The notes under the pieces were generated by a model. The model saw nothing but the letters and a program-made list of their open reading frames with translations. It ran no database searches and was not told where the DNA came from. This document shows positions 41,029-52,352 of a stretch of DNA of 64,000 nucleotides, one piece after another. Location of the stretch: positions 32,001-96,000 of the forward strand of contig CAWCYI010000006.1 of NCBI GenBank assembly GCA_963799845.1, written 5' to 3'. Origin of the DNA: an uncultured Nitrososphaerota archaeon (GTDB lineage: Archaea; Thermoproteota; Nitrososphaeria; Nitrososphaerales; CADDZS01). The position numbers and the translations under genes are program-made. Each line of letters starts with the position of its first letter. The stretch's first letter is position 1.

Positions 41029-42055
41029 ATGGAAAAAAATGACGATGCTTCGAAGCTAAGCACTAGACTAGGGAAGTTGATTCCCTATGCGGTACGTCAG
41101 TGGTTATCGACGATGGCTCTCATTCGCAAGCGGAAGCTCTCTCTTATCGGAGCTTTGCTCGTATCTGGTTTTCTGATACTCGCACTTCTAGAAGGAATCT
41201 TCAAGAACGCCATTCTCCCGTATTCTCTGAAAGCACGGACAACTCCGAACCTTCCACCGAGCATCATTGCTTGGCCTCCTAATTTTTCTCACATTTTCGG
41301 GACTGATCCGTTGGGACGCGATCTTTTCTCCCAGATTATCGCTGCGCTTCCTCTTGACGCAGAGGTTGCCCTCCTCGTGATTATATCAGTCTGTGGCCAT
41401 CGGTGTAGCGTTGGGGATTCTTGCAGGGTTCTTAGGCGGAAAAACAAATCAGCTCATAATGAGGATCACTGACGTATTCATTGCATTCCCAGGTCTCATA
41501 CTGGCAATTGCGATCGCTGCTTCTCTTGGACCAGGTCTCATACATGCGATGGAGGCTCTTATCGTGATCTGGTGGCCTACTTACACTAGACTCGCCAGGG
41601 GAGAGTCCCTCGCGTTGAAAGATAGGCTCTACATCGATGCGGCTAGAGCGGCGGGACTTTCAAATTTGAAAATTATGATCAAACACATCGCGCCCAACAT
41701 CGTTTCTCCCTTGATAGTATACGCCACACTCGACATTGGTAACGTAATCCTTCAGACCTCTGTGCTCGCCTACGTGGGCTTGGGGGCGCAACCTCCCACA
41801 CCGGAATTGGGAAGGTTTGTTTTCGATTATCAGGTATACCTTTTCGTATACCCGTGGCTTTCACTCATACCAGGGGCGACAATCTTCTTTATCGTGCTTG
41901 GATTCAATCTCTTAGGAGATGGCCTCAGGGATGTGTTGGATCCTCGTCTGCGACGGATGATAGCACTCAGTCCGCGTAAGAAGAAGGAATCCGAACAGGC
42001 TTCGAAGGTTTCAATCCCTCAGATATCAAGCTCTACCGAGAAAACTGTCAGTTAG
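41029..42055 (+). CDS. Dpp/Opp-family ABC permease C (+1 indel near 41390)
   Basis: HIFGTDPLGRD in the first ORF; YIDAARAAG, GLGAQPP, FNLLGDGLRD in the second. Confidence 0.9.
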
Positions 42056-42192
42056 AGACGGTCTCATAAGAGTATTTCAATTATGGCATTGTTGAAAGGG
42101 TCAAAAGATGATGATTCAGTGTATTCACCCCGGACAGGGATCAGAATCCGGCGATAGGTCCAGAAACGGAGAATATTAGTCGAAACAATCAA

Positions 42193-43311
42193 ATGGATAA
42201 CTCTCTCGTCACGATAAGAAATCTCAGGCTTTCCTTCGACACTCAAGAGGGATTGGTTAGGGCACTTAACGGTGTTGATCTTGAAATCCGCAGAGAAGAA
42301 ATTCTCGGAATCGTAGGCGAGTCTGGATCTGGGAAGACCGTACTCGGGCTTTCAATGCTTGGTCTCGTACCCACTCCTCCGGGAAAGTATTCCAGTGGCA
42401 GTGAGATAATTTTTCAAGGCGAAAACATTCTGAAGATCGGTGGTAGGAGCCTCGAACTGATCAGAGGAACTGGAATCGCGATGATCTTCCAGGAACCCAT
42501 GAGCTCCCTCAACCCGGTATTCAAAATAGGAGATCAGATTGCGGAGGCAGTGAGAACGAGGATAATTAGGAAGGAACTGGGAAGAAACAAATCACTCTCG
42601 CTCGCTGAGTCGATTCGAGGGGTAAGAGGGGTTGACGAAAAGAGAGTGCAGGAGGAGGTCGTCGAATCATTGAAAAAAGTTAGAATCTCAGACCCGGTCG
42701 AAACAAGTCAAAGGTACCCACATGAGCTGTCTGGAGGTATGAGGCAAAGAGTCATGATTGCGATGGCTCTTGCTGCCAGGCCTTCGTTGTTGATTGCTGA
42801 CGAGCCGACGACAGCGCTCGATGTTTCGATTCAGGCACAGATTCTAGACTTGATTAAGGACCTTGTGAAAGAATTCGGAATGTCGGTGATGTTCATCACC
42901 CACGATCTGAGCGTAGTTGCAGAGATTGCAGACCGGATCGGTGTAATGTATGCCGGTGGCATAGTAGAACAAGCTTCAACTGATTTACTTTTTGAATCTC
43001 CAAAGCACCCCTATACTCAGGGACTTCTCAAGGCTCAGCCTAAGCTTGGCGAGAAAAGAGAGCAGCTCGAATCTTTGAAGGGAAGTGTTCCCAGCCTGAT
43101 TAGTCTCCCTTCGGGCTGTACCTTTCATCCAAGATGTCCTTTCGTTTTCAACCGATGCCTGATCGAAGTTCCCAAGTTGACTTCGCTTTCAGGACAGGAC
43201 GAACGAGAGAGATTGGTCGCTTGCTATCTGTATAGCGGGAAAACTGTTTCGAATCGTCCTGATCTCCCTAGCTCTAGCGGGGATTCTTCAGGTGAGAGGA
43301 AAGAAGATTGA
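42193..43311 (+). CDS. Dpp/Opp-family ABC ATPase D
   Basis: [28 protein letters not shown]. Confidence 0.95.
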   Translation: MDNSLVTIRNLRLSFDTQEGLVRALNGVDLEIRREEILGIVGESGSGKTVLGLSMLGLVPTPPGKYSSGSEIIFQGENILKIGGRSLELIRGTGIAMIFQEPMSSLNPVFKIGDQIAEAVRTRIIRKELGRNKSLSLAESIRGVRGVDEKRVQEEVVESLKKVRISDPVETSQRYPHELSGGMRQRVMIAMALAARPSLLIADEPTTALDVSIQAQILDLIKDLVKEFGMSVMFITHDLSVVAEIADRIGVMYAGGIVEQASTDLLFESPKHPYTQGLLKAQPKLGEKREQLESLKGSVPSLISLPSGCTFHPRCPFVFNRCLIEVPKLTSLSGQDERERLVACYLYSGKTVSNRPDLPSSSGDSSGERKED

Positions 43312-44374
43312 CAGAATTCACAGACAGTGGTGAAAGTCTGTCGAGTCTTGGCAACAACTTCTCTGAGCTAGTCCAAATTAGTCATCTCATCAAGTACTAT
43401 GATGTCGGGAGCTCGTTTTCATTTCGTGGTTTGTTTAGCGGAAAAAAGGGAAAACAGAGATTCGTCCACGCGGTCGATGATGTCAATCTGAACATTAGCC
43501 GAAGAGAGACTTTGGGACTCGTGGGGGAAAGCGGATCGGGTAAGAGTACGCTCGGGCGGTGCATCCTCCGACTGGTTCAGCCCACGTCGGGAACCGTGTT
43601 ATTCGACGGAGAGGATTTGCTAACTCTAAGGGGTAGTGCAATGCGAAAGATGAGGAGCAGAATGCAGGTAGTGTTCCAAGACCCTTATTCTTCGCTCGAC
43701 CCCTCAATGAGGGTGGGTGACATCATCGCCGAACCGCTATCCGCGAGAGGGGGCACCTCAAGGCAAGAGACGGAGAAGCTGTTCAACAGATTATGGAGGT
43801 AGTTGGACTGAACGAAGAATACTCGAAAAGATTTCCTCACGAATTTTCTGGAGGCCAGAGACAAAGAATCGGAATTGCCAGAGCCATCGTCACCTCGCCC
43901 GAATTCGTAGTGTTCGATGAGCCAACAAGTGCATTGGATGCCTCGATTCAGGCTCAGGTTCTTAATCTTCTGAAACAGCTTAAGAAACAATTCAATCTAA
44001 CAAGTCTGTTCATTACTCACAACATGAAAGTGGTAAGTTTCATGAGTGATAGAATCGCTGTGATGTATGTAGGTAAGATAGTAGAGGTCGGAACGTCCGA
44101 CGAAATAATCCAGGACCCTCTCCATCCCTATACCAAAATGCTGATCTCTTCAATACCGAAGGATTACGGGCCAGGATCGGTCCAGTTAAAGGAGAAAGCG
44201 GGGGAACCTTCAAGATCAGCCGGCGAGATACCCAGTCCCGTCGATCCTCCGTCTGGATGCAGGTTCCACCCCAGGTGTCCTTACGCGATGGAAAAGTGTG
44301 CCAATCAAGAGCCAGGTGATGTGAGAGTTTCATCCACAAGGACAGTTGCATGTTTTCTGTATGGTGAAGGGTGA
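43308..44374 (+). CDS. Dpp/Opp-family ABC ATPase F (-1 indel near 43780)
   Basis: GESGSGKST in the first ORF; FSGGQRQR and CRFHPRCP in the second. Confidence 0.9.
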
Positions 44375-44408
44375 TTTCTCGAAAGGGAAGAAATTCCTCT
44401 AGACATTG

Positions 44409-45851
44409 TCACAGTACAATTGCGATCGATGAAAAGTATTCCAGTTTTTTCACTGTTCGTTTTGTCTTCTTAGTGACACCATAGGCGACAACTTTCTCGT
44501 CTCTTTTCGCAAGCTCTCCAAGGCAGATATAAACCGTCACACTGTCTGTCTCTTGTTTTAGGGCGAACCAGGAATACGGTTTAAGCTGCTCTATTCTGTC
44601 TACTCTTTCCAAGTCAACCAATCTGTTTTCGTTCGTTCGTTCATCCGAGGCTAGTGAGATCTTACTTGGAATTGAATCCATCTCCAAGCTGAAAGTGAAA
44701 TCCTTGCATCCAAACGGGCTCGAGATATCTATGATAAAATGTTCTTTCTTATCTTGGTTTAGAGCAAAACGATTCCGGAAAAATACGCTTGAAGTACAAG
44801 CGATATAATCTGCGATTTCGCTGCACTTCATCCAGAGGATTTTGTCTTGCAATTGAAGATTTATTCTCGAAACGAGCTCGTCTAACCCCTTTAGTCCATA
44901 CCGCGACCCATTCGAGTAAAGTGACTGCCAGTGGGTGACGACTGTGACGTAGCTGCCACTGAGCACCTGGCTGACAATTCTGCCGCTCTTCCCGTCTTTT
45001 GCTAGCATCGGGTCTATCCTCTCTTTAATCCAAGACTCATAATCGAGATCGGTTAGCTGTGACGTCCAGAGGGGATCGTTCATCGAACCGATGAGACTGA
45101 TGACGGCATCGCTGCCCTCTCTGTTGAGGTACATCAGCCTGTGATCGACATTGTTCGATTCTGAGTCTACATTCAGAAAATACCAGACAACCTTAAGGCC
45201 GAGAACTTTTTTCGAAGCCTCGAGTATGGCCTTCACGTATTCTTCTTCAACGTAAATTCCGAAGTTACAAGGCGAGGTGACTCCGGTCGGGTTCAACCCG
45301 GCGTTCTTGAGTATCTCGAGTGCGAAACCAATATACTTTGCAAGTTTCTTGGAATTCTGTTTTTGCGACCAGTCATGCTCACTGATTCCATTCATCAGTT
45401 TCCCGGTCTTGAGATTGAGAGCTCTTGTGTGTGTCAGGAGTTCGGGACCGACGTCGAATTTTGGCGTAATTTTGCTCCTGACAGTCGTTAGAAAGTCATT
45501 GACCATTTCGTTGGAGTATCCCGTCAGGCTCCGATCCACCCGGCCGAGACCGGCTGGGTATGGAACCACGGAAATTTTTCCCTTTACCTCAGCCGAATTG
45601 ACCCAATTGGCAAACTGGTGAACGAATTCCTGATCGACGGTTTCTGATAGCGGATGCTTGAACTCAGATTCCGAATCAAAGTACCACTTTCCATCTCTCA
45701 TAGTATAATGGTAATCAACGGCATCCTTCGGGACCTGACTTGCGAAGTAATAGATGGGATTTATGCAGGGCGATGGGTCGTCTACCAAAAGGACGATCGG
45801 ACATCGTTTCCTAGGTTTTTCGGTTCTGATATTCCGGACATAGGTTTGCAA
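44409..45851 (-). CDS. Uncharacterised 480-aa soluble protein, possibly a NodB/deacetylase-like barrel
   Basis: Long intact ORF with LLVDD...ELLTHT...GVTSP...VTHWQ...WMKCSEIA, divergent from the GH4 gene. Confidence 0.7.
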   Translation of the reverse strand: MQTYVRNIRTEKPRKRCPIVLLVDDPSPCINPIYYFASQVPKDAVDYHYTMRDGKWYFDSESEFKHPLSETVDQEFVHQFANWVNSAEVKGKISVVPYPAGLGRVDRSLTGYSNEMVNDFLTTVRSKITPKFDVGPELLTHTRALNLKTGKLMNGISEHDWSQKQNSKKLAKYIGFALEILKNAGLNPTGVTSPCNFGIYVEEEYVKAILEASKKVLGLKVVWYFLNVDSESNNVDHRLMYLNREGSDAVISLIGSMNDPLWTSQLTDLDYESWIKERIDPMLAKDGKSGRIVSQVLSGSYVTVVTHWQSLYSNGSRYGLKGLDELVSRINLQLQDKILWMKCSEIADYIACTSSVFFRNRFALNQDKKEHFIIDISSPFGCKDFTFSLEMDSIPSKISLASDERTNENRLVDLERVDRIEQLKPYSWFALKQETDSVTVYICLGELAKRDEKVVAYGVTKKTKRTVKKLEYFSSIAIVL

Positions 45852-46019
45852 AATCGTGTCTAAACTTGGAGAAGTCTAGTCACATATTTCAGATTTGCAA
45901 AAAGGTAGTACATGGACAGTCAAGAGAGGAAAGAATGCAATGTAGTAGGGAAACGATTCTCAGAGATATTCGCTGTCTTCCTCAATATGGTTTTAACAAC
46001 AACTAAACAAAAGTGGGGC

Positions 46020-47385
46020 ATGGTTAAGATATGTTTCATCGGAGCAGGTAGCGCGGCCTTCTCGATGAACGTCATGAAAGACATCTGCCTAACTGAAGGG
46101 CTTTCAGGGAGCCTTGTCATGTTGATGGATCTGAACGACGATCGGCTCAACGCGGTCTACTCGATGGCGAAAACATATGCCACCGGAATCCACGCAAATC
46201 TCCGATTAGAGAGAAGCACGAATAGAAAAGATGCTTTGAGAGATGCTGATTTTGTAATAGACACTGTCCTCGCCGGCGGACACGAGCAGCAGGAAATAGT
46301 TAGGCGCGTTGGGGAAAAGCACGGGTATTACAGAGGAGTTGAATCTGCGGAATTCAACATGATATCGGACTATTCAACGACTTTCCAAGGCTATTATCAA
46401 TTGAAATTCTTTTTGGACCTTGCCCGAGATATGGAGGAAGTTTGTCCGGACGCCTTGCTGATCGATGTTGCAAATCCCGAGTGCGAAGCAGGAACGCTCC
46501 TGACTAGGGAGACCAAGATCAAGGTTGCTGGTTACTGTCACGGCTACCTTGGCTATGCTGATATCGCTACTGAATTGGGCATTGATCCGGAAGATGTAGA
46601 TTTTGACATGGCTGGATTTAACCACAACATCTGGCTCACGAGGTTTCGCAACAATGAGCAGGATGGTTATCCATTGATAGACGACTGGATTGAAAATAAG
46701 TCTCAAGATTACTGGAGTAACCACAAGCAGAGAAATGAATTCGATATTGACATGAGCAGAGCTGCGGTGGACATGTATCAGCTCTACGGACTCTACCCCG
46801 TGGGCGATACAATCAGAAGTGGTAGTTGGAAATATCACTACAATCTGAAAACAAAGCAGTACCTGGTACGGTGAATTTGGTGGGCCAGACAGCGAGATAG
46901 GCTGGCTGATGTATCTAAAAAAGGTCGAAGAAAGGACTCAAAAGATCTTCAAACTCGGTCGGGATCAAGGCCCACTTCTCTTCGCTGAGTTCCCACCCGT
47001 CAAGAGTCGAGAAAAAATAGTACCTCTTATCGACTCAATCGTTAACGACAGAAATGATCGATTTGTCCTAGACGTGAGGAATGACGGGGCGATACGGAAT
47101 TTACCTGACGACGTGGCGGTTGAGATTCCCGCGCGCGCGGACAGCAGGGGTATCCATCAAGATAAATTTGGAAGTTTGACAGATGCAGTTGTAAAAATGG
47201 TTCTTGTACCAAGGCTTGCAAGACTCGAAATAGCCCTAGAAGCTTTCCTTTCTGGTGACAGATCGTTGCTACTTGAATTATTGTATAGAGATCCGAGGAC
47301 ACGGTCAGACGAGCAGGCCAGAGAAGTACTCGATGAAATACTTGCTCTGCCTTTTAACGAAGGCATGAGAAATCACTACAAATGA
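46020..47385 (+). CDS. GH4 NAD+/Mn2+-dependent glycosidase, AglA-like (+1 indel near 46862)
   Basis: IGAGSAAFS, GYYRG..S.EFNMISDY, ANP, GYCHG, GFNHNIWL, WYGEFGGPDSEIGW, VAVEIP. By recognition it resembles the Thermotoga maritima alpha-glucosidase AglA. Confidence 0.92.
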
Positions 47386-47548
47386 ATCTGCACATGCATT
47401 CCGATCTTAGTTTATTCTGCGTTATGGGGTCACAGTGTAAAGCTTTCGGAAAAACCTATACTTATCGCATTTCAGGAATCAAGTCAATCGCTTCGGAAAT
47501 TGACACACAATTAAAATAGTGGCAACTCGGCCTGTCTGTTTGTTTGCT

Positions 47549-49430
47549 TTGAAACAAATTTCGAAAAGCAGAGTTGCCGTCTCGACTACTATCGTTGCAG
47601 TAATCGTAGTTATAATAATAATAGTAGCTGCTGCCGGAGCGTACCTTGCTCTGGCAAAACCCTCTTCCTCTTCTACTTCCACTTCCACATCTTCTTCCTC
47701 GTCTTCGGTGTCCTCTTCATCTTCTACGTCTTCGCCGTCAAGCTCTTCATCTAGTACTTCATCAAGTGCTAGTGTTTCCTCCACTAGTCAGCTCTTCCAG
47801 CTCGACCTCTCCTCCGACTAGTACCAGCTCGAGTACGTCGACCTCGACGTCCACCACACCCACCTCCACTTCTCCTGTCTATGGTGGAACTCTCCTCGCA
47901 GACGAGTATTTCGAGCCCGCCAATATCGACCCCGCGACCACCAATACGGTGTCAGGACTAGCAATCGACGCCAATGTCATGGACACTCTTCTCACCTACA
48001 ACTTGACTACAAACCAGATAATTCCCGATCTCGCTACGAACTGGACCGCTTCTTCCGATGGTCTGATGTACACTTTCTCGTTGCGACAGGGTGTTTACTA
48101 CGTCGATCCGACCACTAACGCGACACTGAACGAATTCAACGCAACCGACGTCCAGTATTCTTGGCAGCGGGTTACTTACATGATGAACGGCTACGTGTTT
48201 GATGGTGCTGGTTTGAACATGTCCACCTTCAAGATAATTAACCCGTACGAATTTTCAGTTAATCTGACTGCTCCGTACTCAGCATTTCCGTCATGTGTTG
48301 CCGATTTCTATAACGGTATCATTGATCCGAACGTTGATCTCGCCCACGGAGGATATAATGGGACCGCCGCAACGATCAACTCGTTCATGGCGAACAATCT
48401 AGTCGGCACCGGGCCCTACATGCTGACCCAATGGGTAAAGGGAGATCACATGACCCTCGTCAGGAACCCGTACTACTGGGGACCAAAGCCATACTTGAAT
48501 GAGATAATCATCAACTACAAGGAGGATGTCAGCACTCGCTTTTTGGACATAAAGAGCCAATCAGTTCAGGTCGCCAACATTGATCCCGATCTCCTCTCGC
48601 AACTCCAGGGGACTCCTGGCATCGTCGTGAAGACCATCGGTCTCTCGCTGAACGTCGGCCCGATTGGATTGGACACCCAGTTATTCCCGACGAATATCAC
48701 GGATGTGCGGCTTGCTATCGCGCACGCGATCAACTACAGCTTCATAGACAATAGCATATTCGACGGGTACGCCGCCTCTTTCGCCGGGCCGATTCCTATG
48801 GGGATGTTCGGTTACAACAGCAGCATTCCGCCATACCAGACAAATATAACGCTCGCGAATCAGGAAATGACCGCTGCCGGCTTTCACAAAGATTCCAGCG
48901 GGAATCTTGCATTCTCGAACGGAACGGAGCTGCCTTCCTACAACTTCGTCTATCCTGAGGATTGGCCCTCCGCTGGGCTTTTAGCTACGGCGATTCAGAG
49001 CGATCTCGCAACTATCGGACTTCAGATAAACCTCATAGGGGCTTCTGATGCGGCATACGGAACATACGTGGGCAATGGAGTATCCGGTTTCAATTCGACC
49101 TCACATCCGACGATGCTAGCCTACTACTGGACTCCGGACTTCAACGACCCTGTAGACTACACTGCTGCGCCTTTTCCCTATACATTCACGGATGGTTATG
49201 TCAACGCGACGATAACTGCACTTTACAATGAGGCTGCCAGCTCAAACAACCAGACTCTTAGGGCACATCTTTACAGCGAGATAACCGTAGACACGATGCA
49301 AGCTGCGATTGAAATTTGGACGTTCCAATCGGTAGGATATGCGGTCTATACGTCAAGTGTGCACGGACTGCTGTACAGTTCGTTGCTCGACGGGTACGGA
49401 TTTATCTGGAACACCGTCTGGCTGAGTTAG
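47549..49430 (+). CDS. Family 5 ABC solute-binding protein with class III-like signal peptide and Ser/Thr linker (indel near 47787)
   Basis: KSRVA/VSTTIVAVIVVIIIIVAAAG, poly-Ser/Thr, PDLATNW, GTGPYML, RNPYYWG, VRLAIAHAIN, WTPDFNDP. Confidence 0.9.
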
Positions 49431-49827
49431 ATTTTCCGTAAGCTGATTGAACTTTCTGACGAGTTTGCGTTATCGTAAGATCAGCGCGCTAACTCATACT
49501 GGATCAAAGGAAGGCCTTTGCGTCCACGTACTTTAGCCGCAATCAGAAAAACTATCGGAGAAGGCAAGATGTTGGTCGGTAGACTCTCTGCTTTAATCTA
49601 AGATCCATTTCACAAATAACGAAATTACTTTGATCGAGATTTCTGGACGCGAGTAATTATTCGCGCACTTTGAAAAGTGAAAATCTGACTCTCTAGCTTC
49701 TTATCAGTCCTTGAACTCACTTATCGGAGTACCTCGCAATAGGAGATCGATTGAGTCAGTCTTATTAGTTGAGCAAAATCGGATTTAGGATTCACGCTGA
49801 AGAGACGATCTTCAGTCTTACTGACCT

Positions 49828-49923
49828 GCCGCCGTAGCTCAGCCTGGTAGAAGCGTGATCTTGAACGCCAATAGCAGCGGACTGTTAATCCGTTGGTCGA
49901 AGGTCCAAGTCCTTCCGGCGGCG
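49828..49923 (+). tRNA. tRNA-Asn (GUU) with a 22-nt D-arm intron
   Basis: GCCGCCG TA GCTC AGCCTGGTA GA[AGCGTGATCTTGAACGCCAATA]GC A GCGGA CTGTTAA TCCGT TGGTC GAAGG TCCAAGT CCTTC CGGCGGC G. Confidence 0.9.
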
Positions 49924-49965
49924 CATTTTTTCTTTAGGGAGTGATTCTCCGACTTTCTTCAAATA

Positions 49966-50294
49966 GAAGTTTTCATTGATTCATAAAGAAAAACTGCGTT
50001 TCACACACGTGAGCACTTTTTGGCCGAAGAGCTACGTTCAAGCTCTGTAAACTCAGAAGAGCTCGTTTCAAGCTGAACGGAGCTTAGAGAGCTCAGAACG
50101 AATTGAATGGACGCGTTCTCAACAATCGTCGAGTTGCTCATTTCGTACCGGATTTTCGAGTTTTCGAGGATGTTCGGGAAATTTCAACTGGATATACCAG
50201 ATCTTTGCTCGAGAGCTTTAACCCGCAGATCTGAATTTTCTCTTTGTGTTTCGCACGCGCGCGCGTGTTTTGACGGAAGAGCTCGTTTCAAGCT
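49966..50294 (+). repeat. Dispersed AGCT-phased non-coding element, copy A (with a second internal module at 50245-50294)
   Basis: 50003-50048 is a perfect 46-bp reverse complement of 61613-61658. GAAGAGCT-N7-AGCT units at 30-bp period. Confidence 0.85.
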
Positions 50295-50445
50295 ATTATA
50301 CAGAGAGGGGCCCCCTAGAGGAGTTCTGCAACCGTATGTAAACAAACCGGATCATCTAATTTGGTTGCGAGAAGTTGATCGTTAGGAATCCCCGATCTTG
50401 CCGAGATTAGTTTTTTAGCCGAGGACCTTTCCCGTTTCCGATCAA

Positions 50446-51583
50446 ATGAGCCGCGAGGAAAAATCTTCACGCGTGAATTTCAAGTACTTTGAGAGCAAGG
50501 CGAGCGAGATCGACCTCTCAGAGGAGGTCGAGGCCGAGAGGAAGGAGGTCCTCTCGACCCCCGTGAATCAACTGGACCTGAGCAGAGCGACGAGCATCCG
50601 TGCGCTTGTGGATGCGTGGTCGAGGACGAGCATCCAGAGCCGTTCGGTTTCGGAGTGCGCGCACGTTTACGAAAACATGATCTCGGACGAGGATCGGCCG
50701 ACGATTTTTCTCGGGCTCTCCGGCGCGCTGATCGCCGGCGGCCTGCGCAAAGTTATCAGAGATCTGGTCGAGGCGGGATTCGTGGACGTAATCGTCTCGA
50801 CCGGCGCGATAGTTTACCAGGACGTGTATCAGGCGCAGGGGTACAAGCACTACATGGGTACGCCGAAAGCCGACGACGCGGTTTTGCACGATCTCTACAT
50901 CGATAGAATCTACGATGCTTACGTTGACGAGGTGGGATTTGTTAAGACGGACGACGTGATCGCCCAGATCGCGGCCTCCCTGCCGCCGAGAAAATACTCC
51001 ACGAGGGAGTTCATGCGTGAGATCGGCACGCTCGCAGACTTCCGACCCCGATTCAATTGTCGGAACTGCTGCAAAAAGGGGAGTGCCGATTTTCGTCCCG
51101 GCGATTGCAGATTCTTCTATCGGGATCGGACTTGCGGGACTCTACCGCGCGGCGAAAAAGGCAGACGAGAAACTGATGCAACTCGACACGATCCAGGACA
51201 ATTATGAAATCGCTCAGATCGTGCTGAAATCCAAGAAGACCGGCACCATTTACATCGGTGGGGGAGTTCCCAAAAACTACATCAACGATGCTGCCGTGAT
51301 GCTGGACTATACTCCGGGCCACACTTACGTTTTCCAGATAACCACGGATGCACCCCACTGGGGCGGCCTGACCGGAAGCACTCTCGACGAGGCGAAATCG
51401 TGGGGGAAGGTTTCTAAAAAAGCGACGCGTGCGACTGCTTACGTCGAAGCTACAATCGGATTACCGCTGGTTGCGGGATACGTTCTCGAGTCGAGTGAAT
51501 TAACGAAAAATCGCAGGCGTCTCGAATTTGTCTGGGACGCAGACGAGCTGAAGCAAATCAAACAAATCGAAATGAAAAGCTGA
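50446..51583 (+). CDS. Deoxyhypusine-synthase-family protein (+1 indel near 51037)
   Basis: GLSGALIAGGLR, IVSTGA, DRIYD, PAIADSSIG, GGGVPKNY, GGLTGSTLDEAKSWGK. Confidence 0.9.
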
Positions 51584-51683
51584 TCCTGGCAAATTCTGGA
51601 AAGTTGCTCTAACCCTTTCAACCGAACGTCGCTTGAAAAGCTAAAACAAATAAAGCCCGGTTGGGAAGGGGCGGTGCTGGTAA

Positions 51684-52352
51684 ATGTCTGAAGCTACGCT
51701 GGCACAGAAGGCTTCGATTGAAGCGGTCGGAACTTTCATCCTCACATTCATCGGGGCGGGTTCAATTATCGCAACACAAGGAAATACTCTGATAGTCATC
51801 GCGTTCGCGCACGGTATTGCGCTTGCGATTGCGGTATCTGCGGCGATGAACATCTCCGGCGGCCACATCAACCCCGCTGTGACTCTGGGAATGCTTGCGA
51901 CCAAAAGAATTTCCGTAAGGCACGCGATCGTCTACATCGTCTTCCAGCTTATCGGTGCGACTATTGGCGGATACCTGTTGTTCAGCGTTTACCCAAACTC
52001 ACTCGGAAATAACGTTCACTGGGGAGCTCCTGGTTTGAGCCAGGTGAACGTCGGACAGGGCATTTTGTTCGAAGCGATAATGACATTCATTCTAGTCTTT
52101 GCGGTGTTCGGCACTGCTGTTGACTCCAGAGCTCCCAAGATCGGTGGCTTCGGAATAGGACTCGCGATCGCGATCGACATCATGGCGGGCGGTCCGTTTA
52201 CGGGGGCGGCTATGAACCCCGCGAGAGCGATGGGCCCGATGATAGCTTCTCTCTACTTCACCAACTGGTACGTCTACTGGATAGGTCCGGTTGCCGGCGC
52301 CATCATCGCAGCGCTTCTCTACCATCACGTGATATTGAAGAACCAGAATTAG
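51684..52352 (+). CDS. MIP-family aquaporin
   Basis: SGGHINPAVT and AAMNPAR; six TMs. Confidence 0.95.
   Translation: MSEATLAQKASIEAVGTFILTFIGAGSIIATQGNTLIVIAFAHGIALAIAVSAAMNISGGHINPAVTLGMLATKRISVRHAIVYIVFQLIGATIGGYLLFSVYPNSLGNNVHWGAPGLSQVNVGQGILFEAIMTFILVFAVFGTAVDSRAPKIGGFGIGLAIAIDIMAGGPFTGAAMNPARAMGPMIASLYFTNWYVYWIGPVAGAIIAALLYHHVILKNQN

Noticed and set aside
47660-47880. Low-complexity TCT/ACT repeats (also 27830-28000 and 30060-30165) and the acidic antisense ORF 47479-47784
   Set aside because: They encode Ser/Thr linkers of secreted proteins; the antisense ORF is a shadow.
50026-50110. CRISPR or TIGR-like guide array (GTTTCAA-containing repeats)
   Set aside because: Only about three units, 7-11-nt variable parts that themselves contain AGCT-like words, and no cas or Nop-domain gene in the window.
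50295-50304. ATTATACAGA as the partner end for GGTTCTGTATAAT at 26468
   Set aside because: Only 10 bp match, lacks the terminal ACC and the TGACGCGA duplication, and is 24 kb away; compatible with chance.
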